A stretch of DNA of 64,000 nt from a bacterium (GCA_963676395.1 OY781066.1:960001-1024000); one strand, 5' to 3'; numbered from the stretch's first letter, positions 1-11,541 are shown. The notes: generated by a model from the letters alone, not told the origin. Program-made: numbers and translations.

Positions 1-490
1 TGATATGGTTTTCATATCACATCATCATTTTGACCACACCGGAGGATTGGCAGCTTTTTTGCATGAAAACCCTGATGTGAGCGTCTATGTTCCGCAGTCA
101 CTTCGTGGCATTCGACACGCTCGCGAAGTCCACCATATTACTGAAGCCTGTGAAATATTACCTGATATTTTCAGTAGTGGAGAACTCAACCATATTGAGC
201 AATGTTTATTTATAAAAACAAATAAAGGGATCGTAATTGTATCTGGTTGTTCACACCCCGGTATCTCAAACATTCTTGCTAAAGCAGAAGAATTAGGGCA
301 TGTACACGTTTTATTTGGTGGCTTACATGGTTTTGATAATTTTAAACTCTTGCATAATATTGATTTTGTTTGTCCGACTCATTGCACAAAGCATATTCAA
401 AAAATAGCCGAATTGTACCCCAATAAATATATCAAAGGTGGCGTTGGACGCATATTAACATACCCCTTTAAAAATGAGAGAAACTCATGA
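1..490 (+). CDS. MBL-fold metallo-hydrolase (5' truncated by window edge)
   Basis: SHHHFDHTGG metallo-beta-lactamase motif, GCSHPG, GGLHG, PTHCT. Confidence 0.85.
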   Translation, partial: DMVFISHHHFDHTGGLAAFLHENPDVSVYVPQSLRGIRHAREVHHITEACEILPDIFSSGELNHIEQCLFIKTNKGIVIVSGCSHPGISNILAKAEELGHVHVLFGGLHGFDNFKLLHNIDFVCPTHCTKHIQKIAELYPNKYIKGGVGRILTYPFKNERNS

Positions 491-1332
491 AAACCTATTT
501 AAAATGCATACCCTGTTTTATTAAGCAAGCACTTCGTGTTGGAGAAATGACCTTTGAGGATGAAAAAGACATTAAATCCCTAATGGATAAGATCGGTTGC
601 AGAATCAAAGATATTAACATGGAGCACACACCACCCGAGATTGGCGTTATGATCTATGATGAACTACATAAGATCACGGGAGTCGCAGACCCATATGCCC
701 AAGAAAAAGCAAAGCATATTGCCGAAGCGAAAAGATTATATCCCATGTTAAAAAACAAACTATCGCAAGATGAAGATCCTCTGCTTATGGCCATACGCAT
801 AGCAATAGCAGGTAATGTCATGGATCTTGGCATGGACAAACAATTTAATGTAGAAAAAGATCTTGAACATATCCTTCAACGTAAATTTGCCATATGTGAT
901 TATGATTCTTTTAAAAAAGCTTTAAAAAATACTGATCACATCCTGTATCTGGGTGATAATTCCGGAGAATCTGTTTTTGATAAAATACTTATTGAAAACC
1001 TGGGGAAACCTGTTACCTATGTCGTAAGAGGTAAGGCCATAATCAATGATGTTACCTATAATGACGCCATTGCTTCAGGTCTTGGTGAAGTTGCAGAGAT
1101 CATCAGCTCGGGAACTCCGGCACCGGCAACCATATTGCCACTGTGTAACAATGAATTTATTGAGCGCTTTAATAAAGCGAATATGATTATCTCAAAAGGT
1201 CAAGGTAATTACGAAGGTCTATCCGAAACGGATCGTCCCGTATTTTTCTTATTAAAAGCAAAATGTCCGGTGATTGCCGAGGATATAGGTGTTAATGAAG
1301 ATGATATAGTTTTAATGGACGTAAATCGTTAA
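487..1332 (+). CDS. DUF89/ARMT1-like damage-control phosphatase
   Basis: N-terminal CxxC, AIAGNVMD, DNSGE, KGQGNYE, LKAKC motifs. Confidence 0.85.
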   Translation: MKTYLKCIPCFIKQALRVGEMTFEDEKDIKSLMDKIGCRIKDINMEHTPPEIGVMIYDELHKITGVADPYAQEKAKHIAEAKRLYPMLKNKLSQDEDPLLMAIRIAIAGNVMDLGMDKQFNVEKDLEHILQRKFAICDYDSFKKALKNTDHILYLGDNSGESVFDKILIENLGKPVTYVVRGKAIINDVTYNDAIASGLGEVAEIISSGTPAPATILPLCNNEFIERFNKANMIISKGQGNYEGLSETDRPVFFLLKAKCPVIAEDIGVNEDDIVLMDVNR

Positions 1333-1391
1333 TACGAATCAAAATCATCGTGATCTTCAAAACATAAAATGTCTCGAATTCTAAAATTCTT

Positions 1392-1426
1392 CTTACGACT
1401 TACGACTTACGACTTACGACTTACGA
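1392..1426 (+). repeat. Heptamer tandem repeat (CTTACGA)x5
   Basis: Five perfect copies read directly from the sequence. Confidence 0.95.
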
Positions 1427-1485
1427 ATTTAATTTCCTTTCGCATATTTTTAAGCTAAATTACTAAGTTTTAACAGGATAAAAAA

Positions 1486-1932
1486 ATGATCGCAGTAATT
1501 CAACGCGTATCCAAGGCTGATGTAAGTATAGACTCGAAGATAAAAGGCAAAATCAAGGAAGGACTTGTGATACTTTTAGGTGTCGCCACCGGCGATACAG
1601 AGGCTGATGCAAATTTCCTGGCTGACAAAATCTGTGGCTTAAGAATATTCCCCGATAAACAGGGGAAAATGAATATTTCCTTAAAGGATTCGGGAGGATC
1701 TGCGTTGATCATTTCCCAATTTACACTTTGCGGAGACTGGCGAAAAGGGCGTCGACCCAGTTTTACAAAAGCTGCAAAACCCAATGAAGGGGAAAAGCTA
1801 TATGACTATTTTTGCAAGGTCATAGATGAGCAAAACATTCATATTGAAACCGGAGAATTTGGTGCTATGATGGATGTATCACTTGTAAATAACGGTCCCG
1901 TGACTTTTGTATTAGACAGCAAACAAATATGA
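1486..1932 (+). CDS. dtd: D-aminoacyl-tRNA deacylase
   Basis: VIQRV start, SQFTL, KGRRPSF, NNGPVT motifs. Confidence 0.95.
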   Translation: MIAVIQRVSKADVSIDSKIKGKIKEGLVILLGVATGDTEADANFLADKICGLRIFPDKQGKMNISLKDSGGSALIISQFTLCGDWRKGRRPSFTKAAKPNEGEKLYDYFCKVIDEQNIHIETGEFGAMMDVSLVNNGPVTFVLDSKQI

Positions 1933-1946
1933 TGATAGAGGAATGA

Positions 1947-2354
1947 ATGAGAAAAATTAGAGTAGTTTTAGCTAAACCAGGTTTAGACGGACACGACCGT
2001 GGAGCAAAAGTTATAGCAAACGCAATGCGTGATGCCGGCATGGAAGTAATTTACCTTGGGCTTCGACAAACACCCGAAATGATCGTTAATGCAGCCCTTC
2101 AAGAAGATGCCGATGTTATATCACTATCAATTCTCTCCGGTGCACATATGACGATCTTTCCAAAGGTTCTTGATCTGCTAAAAGAAAACGACATGAACGA
2201 TGTTCTTTTAGTTGGTGGTGGTGTTATTCCCGAAGAAGATATGGAAGAATTACGCAAGCTTGGTGTTGCAGAACTCTTTGGTCCCGGAACGCCCACTGGG
2301 GTAACTGTGGACTTTATTGAAAATTGGTTTAAAAACAGTTCAAGATCAAAATAA
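1947..2354 (+). CDS. Cobalamin B12-binding domain protein (methylmalonyl-CoA mutase C-terminal subunit)
   Basis: [12 protein letters not shown] (DxHxxG), SILSGAH, GGVIP. Confidence 0.92.
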   Translation: MRKIRVVLAKPGLDGHDRGAKVIANAMRDAGMEVIYLGLRQTPEMIVNAALQEDADVISLSILSGAHMTIFPKVLDLLKENDMNDVLLVGGGVIPEEDMEELRKLGVAELFGPGTPTGVTVDFIENWFKNSSRSK

Positions 2355-2373
2355 ACTGTCTATGGGGGACAAT

Positions 2374-3078
2374 ATGGGGACAACAAACAAGACCATGAAA
2401 GAATGGCCGGAAGATGACCGACCACGAGAAAAATGTATCCGGCAAGGTGCCGGAGCGTTGACACATGCCGAATTACTGGCCATCCTGTTAAGATCGGGAA
2501 CAAGAAAACAATCTGCTCTTGATATCGCAAAAAACTTGCTCTCCGACAACAATGGACTCCTGCAGCTAGGCATGATGACAATAGGTGCTCTTTCAAAATA
2601 TCACGGTGTAGGTCCCGCAAAAGCAACAACGCTATCAGCGGCTTTTCAATTAGGTGCTCGTTTTCACGAAGCACTGGAAGCTAACGATACTCCGGTTGTT
2701 ACCGGTCCCGAAAGCGTTGCACATGCTTATGGGGAGCGTATGCGGCTCATGCGAAAAGAGGTCTGTAAGGTTATACTTCTAAATCGTGCCCACAAAGCCT
2801 TTAGGGATATCAATATTTCTATTGGCAGTGTTTCGGCTTCTATCGTACATCCGCGAGAAGTTTACAAGCCTGCAATCGACCATTTAGCTTCAGCGATCAT
2901 ACTGATGCATAATCATCCAAGCGGTGAGCTAAAACCCAGTCGACAGGATATAGAGATCACCCACACCATTCAAAAGGCAGGTGAAATTTTAGATATCCCG
3001 CTATTGGACCATGTGATTATAGGGCATTCAGGATTTTTAAGCTTAAGAGAGCAGGGACATATGGAGTTAATATCATGA
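2374..3078 (+). CDS. radC: RadC/JAB domain protein
   Basis: DRPREK, ELLAILLRSG, HPREV, HNHPSG...S..D, LLDHVII; start placed at the ATG after GGGGGAC (alternative 2362). Confidence 0.92.
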   Translation: MGTTNKTMKEWPEDDRPREKCIRQGAGALTHAELLAILLRSGTRKQSALDIAKNLLSDNNGLLQLGMMTIGALSKYHGVGPAKATTLSAAFQLGARFHEALEANDTPVVTGPESVAHAYGERMRLMRKEVCKVILLNRAHKAFRDINISIGSVSASIVHPREVYKPAIDHLASAIILMHNHPSGELKPSRQDIEITHTIQKAGEILDIPLLDHVIIGHSGFLSLREQGHMELIS

Positions 3079-3830
3079 AATTACAATCATTTCAAAACGG
3101 ACAAACTATCCTTGAGCATCTACGGCGAGAGGAGATCGATATAGCCTTTCAAAAAGCTAAAGTACTTGTGGCAGAGGAACCTGAAAATGCTCTAATACAA
3201 TACTCTTTGGCAATGTGTTATCTTATAAAAGGAAATGAAAACAAGGCCATGGAGCATTTTAATCGAACCCTGTTGCTTGACCCCTCTTTTATTTCTGCTG
3301 CTGAAAGGCTTATTGAAATAAATAAAGACGGATACTCTCTTGGAGAATTAAAATATCTTTACACTCTCATTACCTCTCACAAAGAAGGTACCGAAGAAAT
3401 GTATCGTTTTCTGGATCAATTTTCGTCAACAGAAATCAATATGAACCTCTCAAACACCAAAACTCTATCTTCAAAAGAAAGTTCTTCCGATGGTGACGAC
3501 AATATATATATTAAGCATCTTATCACACAGATGGATAAATATGATAAAAATGCACCCAAACCCGATGGAGAGGCTTGCGCAATCCCTCAACCGATAACGC
3601 CACCACCTCATGAACCCCCACCTCCCCCGGAACCCGTTAAGGATGAACCCGAAATTGAAACAAGTAGTTTTGGTATAGAAACCCTTACCATGGCAAAATT
3701 ATATATCCGTCAAGGACTATACGAACAAGCTATGGCGATTCTGATGAAATTGTTAAAACGACAACCCAGTGATGAAAATATTCAAATTGAAATTGACAAT
3801 CTTCAAGTTCTCATGAGAGATAAGCGCTAG
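3075..3830 (+). CDS. Tetratricopeptide-repeat protein with Pro-rich linker
   Basis: N-terminal TPR-like helices, PQPITPPPHEPPPPPEP linker, C-terminal TLTMAKLYIRQG TPR-like motif. Confidence 0.6.
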   Translation: MKLQSFQNGQTILEHLRREEIDIAFQKAKVLVAEEPENALIQYSLAMCYLIKGNENKAMEHFNRTLLLDPSFISAAERLIEINKDGYSLGELKYLYTLITSHKEGTEEMYRFLDQFSSTEINMNLSNTKTLSSKESSSDGDDNIYIKHLITQMDKYDKNAPKPDGEACAIPQPITPPPHEPPPPPEPVKDEPEIETSSFGIETLTMAKLYIRQGLYEQAMAILMKLLKRQPSDENIQIEIDNLQVLMRDKR

Positions 3831-3838
3831 GAGACCTT

Positions 3839-4912
3839 ATGAACACCGACAGACTAAAAAGACTTCGTATTATATTGGAAAACGAAAAATTAGATGGCAT
3901 CTTTGTGCGTCACTCATCAAACCTCCGTTATATTTCCGGTTACTCGGGTTCAAACGGGATGTGCTATATTACCCTCGAAGATGCATGGTTCTTTACAGAT
4001 TTTCGTTATAAAACACAAAGTGCTTCGGAAGTCAACAATATGCACGTTAATATCCCCGTAGGCAAAGGATTATTGCAAGCCATGAAGGACAGCGCTTGTG
4101 TAAAACCCGGGTCAAAAATCGCCTTTGAGGGAAATCATTTAAGTTTCGAACAATATGATGAATTAAAAAAACTATTTCCCGATTGCACTTTTATTAACCG
4201 TTCCATGCTGATGGAAAAACTTGCTTCCGTAAAAGAATCCTTTGAATTGGATTATTTCAGAGAAGCGGCTCGTATCACCGATACTGCATTTGCCGAACTC
4301 CTGAATGAGATCAAGCCCGGTATTTCGGAACGAATGATCGATGCTAAGCTTTCCTATATCATGAAAAGCCTTGGCTCTGAGAAAGATAGTTTTGATACTA
4401 TCGTTGCTTCCGGTATAAATGGTTCCAAACCGCACCATAGCCCCGGTGAAAAATTACTTCAAAACGGGGAACTGATCACCATTGATTTTGGTGCCATGTA
4501 TAAAGGTTATCATGCCGATGTGACCAGAACGGTTTGTCTTGGAAAGGCCAACGATAAACAACGTGAAATCTACAATATCGTTTTGGAAGCCCAAGAAAAA
4601 GCTATTGTCGCCCTTAAACCCGGCTTGACAGGAAAAGAAGTTGATGCCATCGCTCGTAATTATATCACATCTAAAGGTTATGGTGAATATTTTGGACATG
4701 GTTTAGGGCATGGACTAAGTTTGGAGATCCATGCAGAACCTCGTTTGTCTCCCACATATAATGAACCCTTATTGGCCGGCCAGATCGTTACGGTAGAGCC
4801 CGGTATATATATCCCCGATTGGAGTGGCGTTCGTATAGAAGATGATATTATTATTACCGCTGATGGAACTGAAAATATCACCAAAGCACCTAAGCACCTG
4901 ATTGAGTTATAA
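3839..4912 (+). CDS. Xaa-Pro peptidase (M24 family)
   Basis: DFRY, IDFGA...YHADVTRT, HGLGHG, HAEP, TVEPGIY, GVRIEDD. Confidence 0.93.
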   Translation: MNTDRLKRLRIILENEKLDGIFVRHSSNLRYISGYSGSNGMCYITLEDAWFFTDFRYKTQSASEVNNMHVNIPVGKGLLQAMKDSACVKPGSKIAFEGNHLSFEQYDELKKLFPDCTFINRSMLMEKLASVKESFELDYFREAARITDTAFAELLNEIKPGISERMIDAKLSYIMKSLGSEKDSFDTIVASGINGSKPHHSPGEKLLQNGELITIDFGAMYKGYHADVTRTVCLGKANDKQREIYNIVLEAQEKAIVALKPGLTGKEVDAIARNYITSKGYGEYFGHGLGHGLSLEIHAEPRLSPTYNEPLLAGQIVTVEPGIYIPDWSGVRIEDDIIITADGTENITKAPKHLIEL

Positions 4913-5508
4913 TGAGCACACAAATAAATACCATTATTTTTGATCTGGGTAATGTACTGGTAGATGTTGATTATCCAAACTTTTGCAAAGTCATGAATTG
5001 GGATTACGATAAATTTATGAAATTCATATTGTCTGATTTTTTTCTTGATTTTGAGCGAGGAAAACATAGTGTTCAAGAATTCTTTAAAGAACTTTCATGT
5101 TATATCCCTTTAACAAAAGAGGACCAAGAGCGCTATAAAAACAATCTTACCAAAAAATTTCCCTTAAGGCCACGAACTTGGGCGCGACTTCATTACCTGA
5201 AAAAGAAGTACCGCGTAATCTTGTTTTCAAATACCAATGTATTGGACTATGAAGCCTTAGATAAAGAATTTGAGCTAAAGCGTGTAATACGAAACAGCTA
5301 TGTTTCCTATGCCCAAGGATACATAAAGCCTGAACCGGAAGCATATAAACGTGTCGAAGAGCTCTTTAAAATCGTTCCTAAAAATACTCTGTTCGTAGAT
5401 GATAAACCTGAAAATATTCAAGGGGCTCGCCATGCCGGTTGGCATGCCGAGATCACCGAAAACGAACAACGCCTATTTGAAGTACTAAAGGAATATGAGA
5501 TCACCTAA
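4912..5508 (+). CDS. HAD-family hydrolase/phosphatase
   Basis: FDLGNVLVD motif I, SNT, KP, FVDD. Confidence 0.88.
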   Translation: MSTQINTIIFDLGNVLVDVDYPNFCKVMNWDYDKFMKFILSDFFLDFERGKHSVQEFFKELSCYIPLTKEDQERYKNNLTKKFPLRPRTWARLHYLKKKYRVILFSNTNVLDYEALDKEFELKRVIRNSYVSYAQGYIKPEPEAYKRVEELFKIVPKNTLFVDDKPENIQGARHAGWHAEITENEQRLFEVLKEYEIT

Positions 5509-5767
5509 ACGATTTCGATAACCTTGTGTATCAGATCTTTTTCAAAACGGACTCCGCCCGAGGGTCAAAACAAAAGCTTTAAATCCCGATTTTAAATTTA
5601 CAACAGGAATGAAGAATGTGTAACGAATGCTATTATTGCAAACATATATAAACGACCTGGAGTCATTCCTTTATTAATCTGAAACATACCGTAGAATTCT
5701 TTATAATCTATTTGTCAATATGAATCCAATACAATAATTTCCCATATAAAACCGGGGAGTTAATTTA

Positions 5768-6481
5768 ATGAAAAAGCTACTTATTGTTTTAATCGTTCTG
5801 CTAACTATTGTTCAAGCACAAAGTTTAAACGGACGCGATTACTTTAAATATGCTATGCCCGAAATTGCCAAAACATGGGAAGGATACGCTATTTTGGGGT
5901 CCGGTGCTGTTTTATCCGGACTGGCTTTAAACATTGACAAACCCGTACGTGAATTCATGACACGCAAGGCATATCTCCCCTCCTGGTTAGATGCATTGGC
6001 CGACTCCTACGTCGATGATTACTGGGCTTTTGGTGTCTCGGCGCTGGGCGCCTTAGGACGTGGCTATCAAACGGGAAACTATGGAGAATCTTTTAGATAT
6101 TGGGCTGCCTCCAACATCGGGACAGTTGCCCTGACATATGCTTTCAAATACGGAGTTGGAAGAATGCGTCCTAATGAAAAGGATAATCATTCTTATCCCT
6201 CTGGACATAGCTCAGTTGCCTTTGCAACCGCTACCATGTATCAAATGTGGTATGGCTGGAAGGCTGGACTTCCCGCCTATGCTTTTGCAACCATCACAGC
6301 ATTTCAACGTTTAGATAACGACCAACACTGGTTTAGCGATGTCATTATGGGAGCGGCCATCGGTATTGCTATCCCTTATATGTTTTACATCGGTGAAGAA
6401 AAAGCAAAACCCCAAGCTGCCGCAGCATTGGTAGTACCTCCAATATCAATTTCAATCCCTTTGAATCTTTCCGGTAAATAA
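5768..6481 (+). CDS. PAP2-family phosphatase with signal peptide
   Basis: KxxxxRxRP, PSGH, R-x5-HWFSD motifs. Confidence 0.85.
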   Translation: MKKLLIVLIVLLTIVQAQSLNGRDYFKYAMPEIAKTWEGYAILGSGAVLSGLALNIDKPVREFMTRKAYLPSWLDALADSYVDDYWAFGVSALGALGRGYQTGNYGESFRYWAASNIGTVALTYAFKYGVGRMRPNEKDNHSYPSGHSSVAFATATMYQMWYGWKAGLPAYAFATITAFQRLDNDQHWFSDVIMGAAIGIAIPYMFYIGEEKAKPQAAAALVVPPISISIPLNLSGK

Positions 6482-7548
6482 TGGTAGAAAAAATCACCCC
6501 ACAAATGACCCGACTGCTCATGTTATGGTTTGAGCAACATCGTCGCGAAATGCCTTGGCGAGGTTCGACTGACCCCTATCATATATGGGTCAGCGAAATG
6601 ATGCTTCAACAAACCCAGGTTACAACAGTCGTAAACTATTTTCATCGTTGGATCCAATGCTTCCCCGATGTTTACACCTTAGCAAAATCAGATCTCGAGG
6701 ATGTTCTAAAAGTGTGGGAAGGTTTAGGTTATTATACCCGTGCCCGAAATTTTCATAAAGGTGCCAGGTATATCGTTGAACATGCAAGATCAACCGTACA
6801 ACCCTTCCCCGAAAACTATGATGAATGGCTGAAAGTACCCGGTGTTGGCCCCTATACGGCAGCCGCAGTTTCCAGTATTGCTTTTGCCTATCCGGCCGCC
6901 GTAGTCGATGGGAACGTCAAGCGCGTTATGGCCAGATTATTCCATATCAATGAAGATATATCCACTCAAAAATACCATAAAAAATTGTTTCACATCATGA
7001 ACCAGGCCTTTTATGACTTTCATCCCGGTTGGGTAAATCAGGCGTGGATGGAGCTGGGCGCTCTTCAGTGTACACCAAATCCCAATTGCTCAAGCTGCCC
7101 GTTAATTTCTTTTTGTTCAGCTAACAAGAATGCTAAAGTTCACGAACTTCCGGTACGTAAAAAAAAGAAAAAAATTCCCACCCGTTATGGTGCGGCATTT
7201 ATTATCGGTAAAAATAAAACACTCATGCTAAAAAGACCTTCCGAGGGCTTTCTTGGTGGCTTATGGGAATATCCGAGTTTCACACTTAAAGAGCCGGATC
7301 CAACCTATCTAAGTAATTTCTGCAAGGATCATGATATTGATATCAATGAAGAATTGGCAACAAAAGTTCGACATACATATTCTCATTTCCATCAAGAGCT
7401 TACTCTCTATAAAGCCACATTGAAATCTAAGGGTGATTTTAAGGACTGGATCGAAGCACGGGAGGTAAATCAAAATGAAATTCAAGACCTTCCAAGATCA
7501 AAAGTTGCCATTAAAATTAATGCGATACTAAAGAATCTTAATCCTTGA
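6481..7548 (+). CDS. mutY: A/G-specific adenine DNA glycosylase
   Basis: [33 protein letters not shown], Fe-S cysteines, C-terminal Nudix-like domain. Confidence 0.95.
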   Translation: MVEKITPQMTRLLMLWFEQHRREMPWRGSTDPYHIWVSEMMLQQTQVTTVVNYFHRWIQCFPDVYTLAKSDLEDVLKVWEGLGYYTRARNFHKGARYIVEHARSTVQPFPENYDEWLKVPGVGPYTAAAVSSIAFAYPAAVVDGNVKRVMARLFHINEDISTQKYHKKLFHIMNQAFYDFHPGWVNQAWMELGALQCTPNPNCSSCPLISFCSANKNAKVHELPVRKKKKKIPTRYGAAFIIGKNKTLMLKRPSEGFLGGLWEYPSFTLKEPDPTYLSNFCKDHDIDINEELATKVRHTYSHFHQELTLYKATLKSKGDFKDWIEAREVNQNEIQDLPRSKVAIKINAILKNLNP

Positions 7549-8800
7549 TCTCAATAATATCATCCCAATTGGTCGTATAGTTGGGACTTTTTTTATCTTG
7601 ATTCAACATATGCTTATTCTTTAAACCCAAATCGGCAAGCTTTACCGTATTTCTTCCATACTTATCATTTATCAGATCCATTGCCGCAACTAAACTTTGT
7701 TCACTTTCATTTGCTTTATTTTGTGTGAATAAATCTATTTGCAATGCCGTGTCTTGCTGGAGATCCATAAGAATTACACCGGCTTTTTTATACTGATACC
7801 CGGGTTTATATATTGTCCGCAGAGCTTCCTTAGCACGTTTCACCAAGTATAAAGTATTTTGAGTTACAGGAAATTTAACGATAATATTACGCTTATATTG
7901 GGGAAGATCTTTTCTAAAAGAATTTGTATGAACAAACACCATCATCGCAGAAGCATAAGAATGCTGTTTTCGCAATTTAACAGCACAAGTGCTACAATGC
8001 GTAGCCACGGCTTGTTCAAGGTACTCGTAATCGCGTATCATCGAACCAAATGACCTGGCGGTACATATTGCCTTTTTAGGATTCTCGCTAGATGCAAAGG
8101 TTATAGCTGCTTTACCTTTTAACTCTCTCTGCGTCCTTAAGCCTACGACCGTAAATTCCTTAAGAACAAAACCTTCCTGTAAATCTCTGTATTGAGCGGC
8201 AGTCTTCACCCCCAACATTTTCAGCTTTTGAGTTGTTTTTCTACCAACACCCCAAATTTCGCCGATAGGCAGATGAGATAATTCACGGTCAATCTTATCT
8301 TTATCTCGCAAAATAAAACAGCCTTCATGAATAGGATTCTTTTTAGCAATATGGGTTGCCACTTTAGCGAGCGTTTTGCTTTCGGCAAGGCCGATGCTAA
8401 CCGGGATACCCGTATGCTTTTTAATGATATATCTCATCTCCCGAATGAGCTTAAGCAATTTATGATCACTTCCGCCTTCCAATTCAAGAAAAGCTTCATC
8501 TATAGAATATATCTCTATATCCTTCGAGTACTCTCTAAGGATGCTCATCACACGGTGGCTCATATCGCCGTAAAGCGCAAAATTGGTGGAAAACACATGT
8601 ACAGATTCCGCTTCGATCAATTTCTTGTATTTAAAAACAGGAGCGCCCATAGGAATACCCAGCGCTTTGGCTTCATTTGAACGGGCGATCACACAACCAT
8701 CATTATTTGAAAGCACAACAATCGGTTTTCCCTCAAGATTGGGATTAAATACGCGTTCACAAGAAGCATAAAAATTGTTACAATCTACTAAAGCAATCAT
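7538..8800 (-). CDS. umuC: Y-family DNA polymerase V catalytic subunit
   Basis: [23 protein letters not shown]-terminal SPNYTT.W. Confidence 0.93.
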   Translation of the reverse strand: MIALVDCNNFYASCERVFNPNLEGKPIVVLSNNDGCVIARSNEAKALGIPMGAPVFKYKKLIEAESVHVFSTNFALYGDMSHRVMSILREYSKDIEIYSIDEAFLELEGGSDHKLLKLIREMRYIIKKHTGIPVSIGLAESKTLAKVATHIAKKNPIHEGCFILRDKDKIDRELSHLPIGEIWGVGRKTTQKLKMLGVKTAAQYRDLQEGFVLKEFTVVGLRTQRELKGKAAITFASSENPKKAICTARSFGSMIRDYEYLEQAVATHCSTCAVKLRKQHSYASAMMVFVHTNSFRKDLPQYKRNIIVKFPVTQNTLYLVKRAKEALRTIYKPGYQYKKAGVILMDLQQDTALQIDLFTQNKANESEQSLVAAMDLINDKYGRNTVKLADLGLKNKHMLNQDKKSPNYTTNWDDIIEIKD

Positions 8801-8802
8801 GA

Positions 8803-9249
8803 TTACATTTTTTTGATCACATAGGTAACGACACCCCAGATAATAAAATCATTATCTTCACCTACGGGAATAGGTTCATAAGCATCATTTTCGGGTAGCA
8901 AAAAACATTTACCACTTTCGACATGAACTCTTTTGACAGTAAAATCCCCATCAATAAAGCACACGGCAATGGCATCATTCGTAGGATCTAAAGAACGATC
9001 AATAACCAAAACATCACCATCATGAATTCCTACATTTTCCATTGAATTGCCTTTTACACGGCCATAAAATGTGGCATTGGGATTATTGATAAGTTCCTTG
9101 TTTAAATCAAGACTCATATCCATATAATCATCAGCCGGAGAAGGAAATCCTGCAGAAATATTGTTAGCTACAGGTAATTCCAGCTGAGACGAAGGATCTG
9201 CTGTATAAAAATCTATGGTATTGTGTTTATTAATTCTGGAGAGTTTCAT
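8803..9249 (-). CDS. umuD: DNA polymerase V autoproteolytic subunit (S24)
   Basis: SAGFPSPA cleavage site, GNSM serine, FTVKR lysine; adjacent to umuC. Confidence 0.93.
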   Translation of the reverse strand: MKLSRINKHNTIDFYTADPSSQLELPVANNISAGFPSPADDYMDMSLDLNKELINNPNATFYGRVKGNSMENVGIHDGDVLVIDRSLDPTNDAIAVCFIDGDFTVKRVHVESGKCFLLPENDAYEPIPVGEDNDFIIWGVVTYVIKKM

Positions 9250-9251
9250 GC

Positions 9252-9599
9252 TTAAACCCTATTATAATCATCCTCATATCTTATGATATCATCTTCTCCA
9301 AAATATTCACCGGTTTGAATTTCAATTACAATCGCAGGCTTTTGAGTCACGTTTTCCATACGGTGTTTTGTTTGCTTAGAAATATAGGCATGATCATTTA
9401 CATAATAGTCGGCAACCTGATCACCTATTGTAATACGCATTACACCCTCGGTAACAACCCAGTGCTCATTCCGTTTTTCGTGAGATTGTAATGAAAGACG
9501 CCCACCCGGATTAATAGTAATTTTTTTAATTTTACATGCTTTTTCATCAAGCAATATCTCAAACATACCCCAAGGACGTTCTTCTTTATACAGACTCAC
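9252..9599 (-). CDS. Mannose-6-phosphate isomerase type II-like cupin
   Basis: ERPWG, LSLQSHEKRNEHW, HRMEN, IEIQTG..GEDDI.R. Confidence 0.88.
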   Translation of the reverse strand: MSLYKEERPWGMFEILLDEKACKIKKITINPGGRLSLQSHEKRNEHWVVTEGVMRITIGDQVADYYVNDHAYISKQTKHRMENVTQKPAIVIEIQTGEYFGEDDIIRYEDDYNRV

Positions 9600-10548
9600 T
9601 GTTCCCTACCTCTTCGGATTTTACATTATTCTTTTTCCTGATGATCATAAAAAATGAAACCAATAATACAAGCGCTGCAATAATTTGAATTGATGTCAAA
9701 TGATTATCATTAACAAAATAATCCAACAAGACAGCTGACAAAGGCCAAACCAGTTCAAAAATTGTAGCAATGGATGCGGGAATACGCTTCAAACCAAAAT
9801 AATATATAAACATGGATAATGCTCCACTGGAAAAAACGATCACGACCCATAATTTCCAGTGTATTGCTTGTATATCGGGAATTGCCTTAAAATAACCGCC
9901 AATAAAGATAACTAAAAATGCCAAAATCGTGGTGGCCAGAAATCTTAAAGATGTGGCCGTACTAAAACTTAACTCATTGGTAAAACGTTTACCGAATACC
10001 GTAGATGAACTAAAAGCAAACGCCGCCAATAAGGCATAAAGTGCAGCAGGTTCAACGAATCTAACCTCTTTCAAGCTCATACCGGGTTGGGCAAAAGCAA
10101 GAAAATAGGCAGCAATGATCGCCAAAATAGCCCAAATATAAAAATCTTTTCTAAGTTGTTCTTTCAAAATTAATCGTGCTAACAACAAAGCAAAAATCGG
10201 TTGCAACTTCTGTAAAAGTACAACTGTCGCAAGGGTTGTTTGTGTTTCCGGATTGTAAGCAGAGAAAAAAGCCTGAGTAATAAAGATCGTTCCCAGCAAA
10301 CCACCCCAAACAGAGATCCAAGCTAAAGAACCCCAACCCGCCAATGAAAGCTGTTGAACTTCTTTTCTACCTCTTACAAGAAAGGGTATAAGTACAAGAA
10401 AACCCAGAGCATGTTCAAAAAACACAACCAAAGCGGCCGGTAAATGATAAAACTGTGGACGAATAAAAACGCCATCCAAGCTCCAAAACAATGCAGCTAC
10501 ACCTACCGCCATTGCACCGATCAAAATAGAAAGATTCTTTCTTGCCAT
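9586..10548 (-). CDS. EamA/DMT family transporter
   Basis: About 10 TM helices in two EamA-like halves, LQPIF...LKE. Confidence 0.85.
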   Translation of the reverse strand: MARKNLSILIGAMAVGVAALFWSLDGVFIRPQFYHLPAALVVFFEHALGFLVLIPFLVRGRKEVQQLSLAGWGSLAWISVWGGLLGTIFITQAFFSAYNPETQTTLATVVLLQKLQPIFALLLARLILKEQLRKDFYIWAILAIIAAYFLAFAQPGMSLKEVRFVEPAALYALLAAFAFSSSTVFGKRFTNELSFSTATSLRFLATTILAFLVIFIGGYFKAIPDIQAIHWKLWVVIVFSSGALSMFIYYFGLKRIPASIATIFELVWPLSAVLLDYFVNDNHLTSIQIIAALVLLVSFFMIIRKKNNVKSEEVGNSESV

Positions 10549-11447
10549 TATTTCATATCACCTTTCTGAAGTTCCAGTACACTATTAATGTTTACTTTAT
10601 TGGTTTTTAGCCATTGTTCTAATTTATCAATATCTTTCGAGCTTTTCATTAAATATTTTATTTCAATTCCGGGTGTTTCAAATGTCTCATCTATGCCCAA
10701 TTGCAAATTGTTCAATCTATCAAAAGCGGAATTTCTGTTTTTTAGTTCTTCTCTGTACCTTGAAATTACAGGGTACCTCAAGATCGACAGCTGTGCTCTG
10801 ATCGCCGCTAACTTTTGAGCGGAGCTAAGATCTCCTTCAAGTATTGAATTTACTTCGATCGCTTTCAGCAACTCAGCATAATGAACTTCATCTCTAATTG
10901 ATAGTTCCTTAAGCAAAATCGCGATCTGCTCCAACATGTTTATACCGGGCTTTAGCGTAAGGAAATGTTCAATATTTTTTCTTAATTCCGGATCTTCAAA
11001 TGCACGAATTCTTTTATAGGAAATATTCTTAGAAATAAAATAAGACTTCCATTCATATGACAAGGTATCCAAATCTCTGATCTTATCCCAATCACGTAAT
11101 GGAATGTTTAACTTCCTACACCAACTTTGCCTATCCGGATCTTTGGAATATTTTTCCAAAAGGATAAGCAATTTTGACACATCAAATATAGTTAATTCAT
11201 AAAAGGTGATAAGATCATCCAACACCTCTTCATAGCTTAAATCTTCCGGATAAACCATTGCCATGATGTCTGCGTCCGTTTCTTCTATGTGATAATATGA
11301 ACATGGTATCCACTTTCCATCGTATTTCCAAAATAATGGAAGAGTATTGGGGAATTGACTTTGCTTGCTATCCCGAAAGACCTCAAGATCAAAACGTTTA
11401 TCCCAATGGTCGATCATGTCTGAATGTATGCTGATCACTTGTTTCAT
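10548..11447 (-). CDS. Hypothetical protein
   Basis: 299-aa ORF heading a tightly packed minus-strand run; no motif recognised. Confidence 0.6.
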   Translation of the reverse strand: MKQVISIHSDMIDHWDKRFDLEVFRDSKQSQFPNTLPLFWKYDGKWIPCSYYHIEETDADIMAMVYPEDLSYEEVLDDLITFYELTIFDVSKLLILLEKYSKDPDRQSWCRKLNIPLRDWDKIRDLDTLSYEWKSYFISKNISYKRIRAFEDPELRKNIEHFLTLKPGINMLEQIAILLKELSIRDEVHYAELLKAIEVNSILEGDLSSAQKLAAIRAQLSILRYPVISRYREELKNRNSAFDRLNNLQLGIDETFETPGIEIKYLMKSSKDIDKLEQWLKTNKVNINSVLELQKGDMK

Positions 11448-11541
11448 ATCAGCGAAATACTACATAATAATTTAGCCTTTAAAAAGGAAAAATATTGTCT
11501 TTCATAGAAATTCGTTTTATGTTGTAGTCGATATTTGAATT

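Noticed and set aside
2374..3078. radC as a sign of a mobile element
   Set aside because: It is the full-length chromosomal type with HhH region, embedded in a housekeeping operon.
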